DNA of 16,110 nucleotides. Origin: Nitrospirota bacterium. GTDB taxonomy: Bacteria > Nitrospirota > Thermodesulfovibrionia > Thermodesulfovibrionales > Dissulfurispiraceae. The notes below the pieces were generated by a model. The model ran no database searches. It was not told where the DNA came from and saw only the letters and a list, made by a program, of their open reading frames with translations. Shown here piece after piece: positions 1 through 7,063 of this stretch; positions within the stretch are counted from its first letter, which is position 1, and each line of letters opens with the position of its first letter. The DNA lies in NCBI GenBank assembly GCA_040758355.1, contig JBFLWF010000040.1, positions 1 through 16,110 on the forward strand. Reading direction: 5' to 3'. Position numbers and translations under genes: made by a program.

Positions 1-96
1 AACAAAATTCGTGTTATACAGAGAAGGGCTTACGGTCTCAGAGACGAGGAGTATCTGCGCCTGAAAATACTTACATGTATGCTCAAGGAGATATAA
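1..96 (+). CDS. ISL3-family transposase, C-terminal fragment (truncated by window edge)
   Basis: Frame 1 reads NKIRVIQRRAYGLRDEEYLRLKILTCMLKEI* (TAA 94-96). This matches the NNKIK/RVIxRRAYGxRxxxYxxLKI tail typical of ISL3 transposases. Confidence 0.88.
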   Translation, partial: NKIRVIQRRAYGLRDEEYLRLKILTCMLKEI

Positions 97-124
97 AATG
101 ACCCACTCGATTACACGAAGAGCC
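1..124 (+). mobile_element. Right end of an ISL3-family insertion sequence
   Basis: The transposase tail is followed by ...ACCCACTCGATTACACGAAGAGCC (ends 124). The reverse complement begins GGCTCTT, a typical ISL3 terminus. The AT-rich AATTAAAA (125-132) is a candidate 8-bp target duplication. Confidence 0.8.
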
Positions 125-140
125 AATTAAAATATAGATA

Positions 141-177
141 GTTCAAATCATTTGAACGGTTTGAACTTCTTGAACAA
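141..177. repeat. 9-nt period repeat (TTGAAC core) with one inverted copy
   Basis: GTTCAAA (141-147) is inverted relative to TTTGAACGG TTTGAACTT CTTGAACAA (151-177). Confidence 0.7.
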
Positions 178-198
178 TTTTTATAGAGTGGAGGCAGA

Positions 199-738
199 TT
201 GAAGAGATCCCTTTCCTACTACATAATCTCAGGGATGTTGTTCTTAATGGTCCTGACAGGAGTTATTATCTCAAAGCGATACAGTGATTCCCTTTCCAAT
301 ACGCAGAAAAAATTACAGACGGCCAGGATGAATCTTGTTAGTATGAAGGATGCACAGGTTGATATGGAAAAAACAATAGCGGATTTGAAGGCGATTGTCC
401 CTTCGGATTTTGCATCGAGGACGCCTGAGGAGCATATTTTTATAGGTCTTGATGAACTGAAATTCAGGATGAAGAATGCCGAAATCGTGGTGACCAACAT
501 GGAGTATAAGGGCGACGAGGTGAGCCTGCCTGTGACCATAAAGTCTTCAATAAGCGGGAAGGCAGCAGGAAAAGATTATGCCTTGTTTATGAATGACATA
601 GGGTATCTCCAATCAATGGGTTTTCCGTTCTTCTACATCGGCAGCATATCCATGGTGCAGTCTCAGGACAGGGCATCTGTTTCGTATGAGATAAAAGGGG
701 CATTAAAGACATTGAAGACAGCAGAAGGCAGGCAATAA
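199..738 (+). CDS. PilO/MshJ/GspM-like inner-membrane alignment protein
   Basis: TTG start after GGAGG (190-194). N-terminal TM helix, coiled coil, then a ferredoxin-like pattern. Located upstream of the secretin. Family is inferred from architecture and context. Confidence 0.6.
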   Translation: MKRSLSYYIISGMLFLMVLTGVIISKRYSDSLSNTQKKLQTARMNLVSMKDAQVDMEKTIADLKAIVPSDFASRTPEEHIFIGLDELKFRMKNAEIVVTNMEYKGDEVSLPVTIKSSISGKAAGKDYALFMNDIGYLQSMGFPFFYIGSISMVQSQDRASVSYEIKGALKTLKTAEGRQ

Positions 739-741
739 AAC

Positions 742-1203
742 ATGGACAGGATCGATAATAAACAGATAATTGTGCTGGTATCGCCGGTTGTTGTAACTTT
801 TTTCTGCATAATAGCATTGTCGTATATTATGGCGCATATTAAATTCAAGCCTTCTCTCTCTCCGGCGGAACAGGGACTTGCAGGCTTCTCCTGCCAGAAG
901 GCCCAGATAATCCGGCGCCAGCCGCTTGCGGTTCCTGCCATTGACAGCCCTATTCGTGTGGAAGCGGTTTCTCCGAAGGTTGCTTATCCGCAGGTACCCC
1001 TTGAGAAGGTGGCGCCTATAGAGCCCGAGGTAGAAATGAAAGTCTCTTTTATCCTCATCAACGGCGGAAGGAAGATGGCAATAATAAACGGCATGGTTGT
1101 AAAGGAGGGAGATGTATTCAATCAGAATAGAGTTGCAAAAATAGAAAAAAACAGGGTATTAATAAAGGATAAGAAGGGGGAAAGGTGGATAAGGGTAGAT
1201 TAG
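742..1203 (+). CDS. MshK-like/PilP-GspC-like accessory protein
   Basis: N-terminal TM, Pro-rich linker and C-terminal beta domain VSFILINGGRKMAIINGMVVKEGD...V.KIEKNRVLI. Lies immediately before the secretin. Confidence 0.6.
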   Translation: MDRIDNKQIIVLVSPVVVTFFCIIALSYIMAHIKFKPSLSPAEQGLAGFSCQKAQIIRRQPLAVPAIDSPIRVEAVSPKVAYPQVPLEKVAPIEPEVEMKVSFILINGGRKMAIINGMVVKEGDVFNQNRVAKIEKNRVLIKDKKGERWIRVD

Positions 1204-2792
1204 GGAAGCAGGCTATAGGCAATAGGCTATGGGCTATAGGTAAAAGGTTTTTGTCTTTTGCTTCTTGCCTCTTGCCTATAGCCTTTTTTATCATCTCCTG
1301 TTCTTCCACAGACATAAAAAGGGAAATCCGCATTCCAGAAGAGGTCAGGGAGATAAAACACGAAAGACCTGCTCCGTCTGAGCCCAAGATACCGGAATTT
1401 ATCCCTGTGACAGAAGATATCTCGCCTGTGAAAACGAGGATAGTGGACATAGTTGCAAGGAATACGCCGCTGAGGGATGTCCTGCATGTGATTGCAGAGG
1501 CAACGGGATTGAATCTTGTCATGGAAAAAGGGGTTGCAGCAGAAACGCCTGTAACACTCACTCTGAAAAATGTGAGTGCTGAAGATGCATTGAATACCAT
1601 TTTCACATCTGTGGATTATTTTTATGCCGTCAAAGACAATATGCTTCTTGTAAAGGCAGTGGACACGAGGATATTCGAGCTCGGCCATCCCGCCATTGTT
1701 CAGACATATAGTGTCGATGTGGGCGGCGATATACTGGGAGGAGCTACAGGCTCGTTAACAACAGGAGGAACGACAGCAGGCGGGACCACAACAATAAAGG
1801 GGAATATTACGCAGACCTCAAAAAGCGACTCTACTGCCTTCAATTTCTGGGATGCCATAGAAAAATCCATTTCGAGCATACTCGGGACAACTGCAGCCAC
1901 AGCCCCGGGCCAGCCCGCTGCAATACAGCAGAGTTTTACCATTAACAGGCTGACAGGGACAATATTTGTAACAGCCTCAAAGAGGAACATAGAGAGGGTT
2001 GAACAATTCCTTAATACCATTAAAAAAGTAATCAGCAGACAGGTTCTGGTGGAGGCAAAGATCATTGAAGTGCAATTATCAGAAGGTCTGAAATACGGAA
2101 TTGACTGGACTTTTGTGAACCGGACATTGGGCGATGGGCAGATTAATATTACAACTCCGGGTTTCTCGAGCGTGGTCCCTTTAACAAGCCCTTACATAAA
2201 CATGGGAATTACGATGGGAGAGCGTTTCAGCACACTTTTAAAGGCGCTGCAATCGCAGGGAGAGGTGAGGACACTGTCCAACCCGAGGGTGAATATAATG
2301 AACGGACAGACAGCCCTTTTGAGCGTCGGCAGGAATGTCAGCTTTATTTCAAAGGTCGAAACAACGACAACCACTGCTGCAGGTGCAACGCCAACCACAA
2401 CATTCACTGTGCAGACAAGCAATATACTTTCCGGTATTATTATCGGCATAGTCCCTTATATAAACGAAAACGGCGAGATATCGCTGACCATAACACCGAT
2501 AATATCGGACCTGATCCAGCTCCAGGAAAAGACCGTGGGCACAGGAACCAGCCAGACACAGATTTCCCTGCCTACTGTTGACCTGAGGGAGCTCAGCACT
2601 ACAGTGAAGGTGAGGGATGGCCAGATGATTATAATCGGAGGCTTAATTTCAAAGAAAGAAAATCTTCAGGACAATAAGGTTCCTGGATTGGGCGATGTGC
2701 CTGTGCTTGGAGGAGTGTTTAAAAGCCGGGATAAGGCAGAATCGAGGTCAGAACTGGTTGTGGTTTTACAGCCGGTACTGGTATCAAGGTGA
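1185..2792 (+). CDS. mshL: MSHA-type outer-membrane secretin (lipoprotein)
   Basis: GTG start with lipobox-like FIISC. STN-like N0 domain (PLRDVLHVIAEATGLNLV), Ser/Thr/Gly-rich N domain, and secretin core (QVLVEAKIIEV, LSNPRV, VPGLGDVPVLGGVFK, RSELVVVLQP). Confidence 0.9.
   Translation: MDKGRLGKQAIGNRLWAIGKRFLSFASCLLPIAFFIISCSSTDIKREIRIPEEVREIKHERPAPSEPKIPEFIPVTEDISPVKTRIVDIVARNTPLRDVLHVIAEATGLNLVMEKGVAAETPVTLTLKNVSAEDALNTIFTSVDYFYAVKDNMLLVKAVDTRIFELGHPAIVQTYSVDVGGDILGGATGSLTTGGTTAGGTTTIKGNITQTSKSDSTAFNFWDAIEKSISSILGTTAATAPGQPAAIQQSFTINRLTGTIFVTASKRNIERVEQFLNTIKKVISRQVLVEAKIIEVQLSEGLKYGIDWTFVNRTLGDGQINITTPGFSSVVPLTSPYINMGITMGERFSTLLKALQSQGEVRTLSNPRVNIMNGQTALLSVGRNVSFISKVETTTTTAAGATPTTTFTVQTSNILSGIIIGIVPYINENGEISLTITPIISDLIQLQEKTVGTGTSQTQISLPTVDLRELSTTVKVRDGQMIIIGGLISKKENLQDNKVPGLGDVPVLGGVFKSRDKAESRSELVVVLQPVLVSR
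1210..1284. repeat. Inverted pair of heptamer tandem arrays (GGCWATA-type) inside the secretin signal peptide
   Basis: Forward arm GGCTATA GGCAATA GGCTATG GGCTATA GGTAAAA (1211-1245). Reverse arm TTTTGTC TTTTGCT TCTTGCC TCTTGCC TATAGCC (1249-1283). The outer 13 bp are a perfect inverted repeat (1210-1222/1272-1284). Confidence 0.9.
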
Positions 2793-2896
2793 AAATAGTG
2801 TATGTGCATGTGCATGTGTAAGAAAGACAGTGTAAGTGCATGTGTATGTGTATGTTTTTTACATACACATACACATGCACTTAAAATATGAAAATA
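2790..2896. repeat. Hexamer (GTGYAT) repeat with a perfect 23-bp inverted repeat, bounded by TGAAAATA direct repeats
   Basis: TAAGTGCATGTGTATGTGTATGT (2833-2855), TTTTT loop, ACATACACATACACATGCACTTA (2861-2883). TGAAAATA occurs at 2790-2797 and 2889-2896. Confidence 0.92.
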
Positions 2897-4542
2897 TGGC
2901 AACAATAAGGATCGGCGATTTATTGAGGGCACGAGGGTTCATCAATGACAGGCAGCTTCATGTTGCCTTGATACAGCAAAAAGTAACAGGAGACCTTCTC
3001 GGCGACACCCTCGTAAAACTGGGTTTCGTATCCTCGAAGGAGCTGGGACAGATACTATCGGAGCAGTCAGGAATAGAATTTATAGACCTCAGCGAGCATG
3101 TTATTTCTGAAGATGCCCTGAAGGTAATTCCAAAGGACATTGCAGAAAAGACAGGGTTTATACCAATAGATGCTGAAAACGGCAGGCTGAGCATAGGCAT
3201 CACAAACCCGAGCAATATACTTGCTGTGGATACGGTCACGAGGATGACGAAGAGCCAGCCTAAGGTGTATATGGTCGATGCCGACAGTTTCCGGGATGCT
3301 GTTGAGAAGGCATACTTCTTTTTAGAAAATCCGATCCAGCACCAGATCGATGGCATTGTGAACGAAATAAAGGCAACCGAGACCGCGTCAGGCACTGCCG
3401 TAACAAGCCTTGCAAACCTGATAATCATGGACGGGATCAGGAGGAACGCTACAGACATCCACATCAATCCCTCAGCGGATATTGTCAATGTGTTCTACAG
3501 GATAGACGGCGTGCTTCAGCACGGACACGGCATTCCAAGGGCTGCGCACAGCGGCATTACATCGAGGATCAAGATATTGTCACAACTCGATATAGCAGAG
3601 CAGAGGCTGCCGCAGGACGGCTCATTCACCTTCACATTCTTAAATAAAGGCTACGACATACGCGTATCGACAATCCCCACCATATACGGAGAAAATATCG
3701 TGATGAGGGTGCTTGTGGGCACAGGCCCGCTTTTGAGGATAGAGCGATTGGGATTCGATGAGGAGAATACGAAGAAAATAAAGACCCTTTTCCACAAGCC
3801 ATACGGCATAATCCTGATTACAGGCCCTACAGGGAGCGGTAAAACTACAACACTTTATGCAGCCTTAAGGGAGATAGACCTCCTCGAAAGGAATGTCCTT
3901 ACTGTCGAAGACCCTGTGGAATACAAGCTCAGCCTGATTAAGCAGACGCAGGTGAACGAAAAGGTCGGCTATGACTTTGCCCTTGCAGGAAGGAACTTCA
4001 TGAGACAGGACCCGGATGTGATGCTCCTCGGCGAAATAAGGGATGAAGAGACCGCTAAGATTGCAATAAGGGCATCCATAACAGGACATCTTGTTCTTTC
4101 AACGCTGCACACCAATGACGCAGTAACCGCAATTCCGAGGCTTATAGACCTGAAAGTGGACAGGTTCCTGATGTCCTCATCCCTCCTCGCCATAATGGCG
4201 CAGAGGCTTGTAAGAAAAATATGCCATTACTGCAAAGCTGAGTACAGCCTGAACGATTATGAGATTTCGGCATTTAAGGAATACGGCGTATCTTTAACCA
4301 CCGCATTCAAAGGGAAAGGCTGTCCTAAATGCAATGGTACAGGGTATTCCGGAAGGACTGTCATCGGCGAGATATTGATAATCGATGATGAATTGAGGGA
4401 ACTGATATATTCTGCTGCGCCAGTAACTGCATTAAAGGCTGCGGCAGTCAGGAAAGGGATGAGGCCGCTCAAGGACGATGCTGTCAGAAAGGCTGCCGCA
4501 GGGATTACAACGCTGGACGAAGTATTGAGAGTGGCAGGATGA
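2896..4542 (+). CDS. mshE: MshE/GspE/PilB-family assembly ATPase with N-terminal MshEN domain
   Basis: Start moved to ATG 2896 (MATIRIGDLL). Contains ATDIHI, Walker A GPTGSGKTT, TVEDPVE, MRQDPDVMLLGEIRD, TGHLVLSTLHTN, and Zn motif CHYC...CPKC. Confidence 0.93.
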   Translation: MATIRIGDLLRARGFINDRQLHVALIQQKVTGDLLGDTLVKLGFVSSKELGQILSEQSGIEFIDLSEHVISEDALKVIPKDIAEKTGFIPIDAENGRLSIGITNPSNILAVDTVTRMTKSQPKVYMVDADSFRDAVEKAYFFLENPIQHQIDGIVNEIKATETASGTAVTSLANLIIMDGIRRNATDIHINPSADIVNVFYRIDGVLQHGHGIPRAAHSGITSRIKILSQLDIAEQRLPQDGSFTFTFLNKGYDIRVSTIPTIYGENIVMRVLVGTGPLLRIERLGFDEENTKKIKTLFHKPYGIILITGPTGSGKTTTLYAALREIDLLERNVLTVEDPVEYKLSLIKQTQVNEKVGYDFALAGRNFMRQDPDVMLLGEIRDEETAKIAIRASITGHLVLSTLHTNDAVTAIPRLIDLKVDRFLMSSSLLAIMAQRLVRKICHYCKAEYSLNDYEISAFKEYGVSLTTAFKGKGCPKCNGTGYSGRTVIGEILIIDDELRELIYSAAPVTALKAAAVRKGMRPLKDDAVRKAAAGITTLDEVLRVAG

Positions 4543-5759
4543 ACTATTACTCCTATAAGGCTATAGATACCGATGGTGCAATGGTAAAGGGTGTTGCAGA
4601 GGGAGAGGACATTGGCTCTGTTTATGGAGACCTATCGTCAAAGGGACTCTATATATTGAGCGTAAAAAAGGCAAACGCCGCCATTGCGCATCTTAAAAAG
4701 GCATTTATGGCACGTAAGATAAAACGGAGGGATGTTATAGAATTTGCGAACAACCTCTCTGTCATGCTCAGGGCCGGCGTGCCACTCCTTACAGCACTGG
4801 GGGACATAACCGCCACAACAGAAAATAAATATCTTAAAACAACCATAGCAGATATAAAGCGCCAGACAGAGATGGGAATGAGGTTTTCCGATGCCGTTGA
4901 ATTACATAAAAGCGTTTTCCCGGATGTCTTTGTAAGACTGATAAAGGTTGGAGAGGAAACAGGCCGCCTCGAAAGGAGTCTGGCCGATGTTGCAAGCCAC
5001 CTCCAGAGAATGGAAGATCTTGCCGCTGCAATCAAAAGGGCGCTCATCTATCCTGCCTTTGCGATCGTTACGACCATGGGCGCCTTGATCTTCTGGCTTG
5101 CATATGTCCTTCCGAAGATAATGACCACATTAAAGGAGATGGGCGTGAAGCTTCCCCTCATAACAAGGATATTGCTGCATGTGAGCGATTTTACAAAGGC
5201 ATACTGGTATCTTATACCCCTTCTGCCTGTGGTTTTCTTCTTTGTTGTACAGGGTTTAAAACAGAAGGAGATCACAAGGTATTATGTGGATGCAATAAAG
5301 ATAAAACTGCCGATAGTAAAGTTAGTGGTTTACAACAAGCTCCTTGCCCTTTTCTCGGAGCAGTTGAGGATATTGATAGTGGCAGGACTCACCATCGACA
5401 GGTCATTCGACATAATCGCGGATGTCATGGGAAGCGAGGTCTTTAAAAGGGCTATCATTTCATCGAAGGACAGCATATCGTCGGGGAGCAGGATATCAGA
5501 TGCTTTGAGGGAGCATGCGGTATTCCCTCCACTTGTTGTGAGGATGGTGGATATCGGGGAGACGAGCGGTAATCTGGACGAACAGTTTGCCTTCCTTTCG
5601 GACCATTATCTCAAGAAGCTCGATGACATATCCGAGAAGATGGGAAAGATGATAGAGCCTATTGTTATTGCAGTTATAGGCATCCTCTTTGCGATAATTA
5701 TCGTGGGTCTTATGTTCCCGCTCTATGACCTTATTACGCAGTTCGGAAAGGCGAGGTAA
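4539..5759 (+). CDS. mshG: Inner-membrane platform protein, GspF/PilC/MshG family
   Basis: YSYKA..G N-terminus and two T2SSF domains (VGEETGRL, ALIYP, IGETSGNLD, MIEP). ATGA overlap with the ATPase gene. Confidence 0.92.
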   Translation: MNYYSYKAIDTDGAMVKGVAEGEDIGSVYGDLSSKGLYILSVKKANAAIAHLKKAFMARKIKRRDVIEFANNLSVMLRAGVPLLTALGDITATTENKYLKTTIADIKRQTEMGMRFSDAVELHKSVFPDVFVRLIKVGEETGRLERSLADVASHLQRMEDLAAAIKRALIYPAFAIVTTMGALIFWLAYVLPKIMTTLKEMGVKLPLITRILLHVSDFTKAYWYLIPLLPVVFFFVVQGLKQKEITRYYVDAIKIKLPIVKLVVYNKLLALFSEQLRILIVAGLTIDRSFDIIADVMGSEVFKRAIISSKDSISSGSRISDALREHAVFPPLVVRMVDIGETSGNLDEQFAFLSDHYLKKLDDISEKMGKMIEPIVIAVIGILFAIIIVGLMFPLYDLITQFGKAR

Positions 5760-6988
5760 TGGATTATCTTGATTTTTTCGATTTAAAAGAAGACCCCTTC
5801 AGGCTGACTCCGGACCCATATTACTTCTATCCCTCCGAAAGCCATAACGAGGCATTGTCGTCATTTAATTACATTGTAGAACAGAAAGAGGGATTTTTCA
5901 TGTGCGTCGGAGATCCCGGCACTGGCAAGACCACCCTGCTGAATACCTTTCTGAACACAGAGAAATGGAAGGACAGGGCAGGCATTGCATTAGTGCTTAC
6001 GCCGCGGTTGTCTCCAGAGGAGTTTTTGCTTACGGTACTTGAAGACCTGAATGTAAAGGTCAAGAACACGAACAAAAACGAGATTATCAAGGCATTCAGG
6101 GATTTCCTCATCGAGAACTCAATGCTCGGAAGGAGGATTATTATTATCGTTGATGAGGCCCAAAACCTGCCCGATGAGACCCTGGAGGAATTGAGGCTCT
6201 TATCCAATTTAGAAACAGAAAAGGAAAAACTCCTCCAGATAGTCCTGATAGGACAGCCTGAACTAAGAGGCAGACTGCTTTCGGACGGTCTCAAGCAATT
6301 AAACCAGAGGATAACGGTAAGGGCTACCTTAAGGCCATTAACAGTGGATGAGACCTCCGATTACATCAATTACAGGCTGGTGAAGGCAGGGAAGGGGACT
6401 GTCATATTTGAGGAAAAGACAAAGAAGCTCATACATAAATTATCAAAAGGGATTCCGAGATTGATTAATCTTGTATCCTCCCGGGCAATGATGGCAGCAT
6501 ACCTCGATATGAGCAGATATGTAAGGAAGAGGCATGTTATGTATGCCGTAAAGCATGTCTCTGACAGTTTCATAAAAACAACAAGACGTATCGTCACATT
6601 TCCACGTATCATTGTCTATTCCCTGATGGTCTGCCTGATTGTTGCTGCACTAATTGTAATGAATAGAGTGAAAGAACAGGATCAAAGGGGACAGTCCCTC
6701 TCAGAAAAAGGGACTGTCCCCTTAATTGCCTCCGAGTCCGCAGCGCCGTTCATAGAACATAAAAAAATGCCGAAGACTGCTGTGGTTGCTGTAGATGCTG
6801 CCAATGTGAGGGCAAAACCCTCACTGGATTCTGAAACGATTGAAAGTGTTTCTAAGGAGACCGCCCTTGAGATAATAGACGAGTTTACAGAAACTACCGG
6901 CAAGAAGTGGTACAAAGTAAAGATGCCCGATGGCAAGGAAGGCTGGATAGCGGACAAGACGGTGAAAATAGTGAATAGTGAACAGTGA
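5759..6988 (+). CDS. ExeA/MshM-family AAA ATPase with TM helix and C-terminal SH3b domain
   Basis: MDYLDFFDLKEDPF.LTPDP N-terminus, Walker A GDPGTGKT, Walker B IIVDEAQNL, LIGQPEL, and GIPRLIN. The C-terminus ANVRAKPS...WYKV...GKEGWI is SH3b-like. Confidence 0.9.
   Translation: MDYLDFFDLKEDPFRLTPDPYYFYPSESHNEALSSFNYIVEQKEGFFMCVGDPGTGKTTLLNTFLNTEKWKDRAGIALVLTPRLSPEEFLLTVLEDLNVKVKNTNKNEIIKAFRDFLIENSMLGRRIIIIVDEAQNLPDETLEELRLLSNLETEKEKLLQIVLIGQPELRGRLLSDGLKQLNQRITVRATLRPLTVDETSDYINYRLVKAGKGTVIFEEKTKKLIHKLSKGIPRLINLVSSRAMMAAYLDMSRYVRKRHVMYAVKHVSDSFIKTTRRIVTFPRIIVYSLMVCLIVAALIVMNRVKEQDQRGQSLSEKGTVPLIASESAAPFIEHKKMPKTAVVAVDAANVRAKPSLDSETIESVSKETALEIIDEFTETTGKKWYKVKMPDGKEGWIADKTVKIVNSEQ
6685..6723. 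repeat. 15-bp perfect inverted repeat (GGGACWGTCCC, REP-like) in the coding linker
   Basis: AAGGGGACAGTCCCT (6685-6699), 9-nt loop, AGGGACTGTCCCCTT (6709-6723). Translated as RGQSLSEKGTVPL. Confidence 0.85.
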
Positions 6989-7063
6989 ATAGTCAAAAAA
7001 TACCTTCTTTTTACTAAATACTGTTCACTAACGACTATTCACTAAATACTATTTACTATTCAC
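6961..7063. repeat. Inverted pair of heptamer arrays (GTGAATA/TATTCAC) at a convergent gene junction
   Basis: GTGAATA GTGAACA GTGAATA GTCAAAA (6971-6998). Eight reverse units TTTTTAC TAAATAC TGTTCAC TAACGAC TATTCAC TAAATAC TATTTAC TATTCAC (7008-7063). Confidence 0.9.

Noticed and set aside
2836..2895. N-terminal extension MHVYVYVFYIHIHMHLKYEN of the ATPase ORF
   Set aside because: It is a translation of the hexamer palindrome; family similarity starts at ATG 2896.
6392..6403. AAGGGGACTGTC, resembling the 6685-6723 palindrome arm
   Set aside because: Partial, with no partner arm, and within the AAA domain; likely chance.
199..6988. Canonical type II secretion system
   Set aside because: MshL-type lipoprotein secretin, MshEN ATPase, MshM/MshN-like genes and the absence of a GspG-K pseudopilin set fit an MSHA-like pilus better. 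A secretion role is not excluded.
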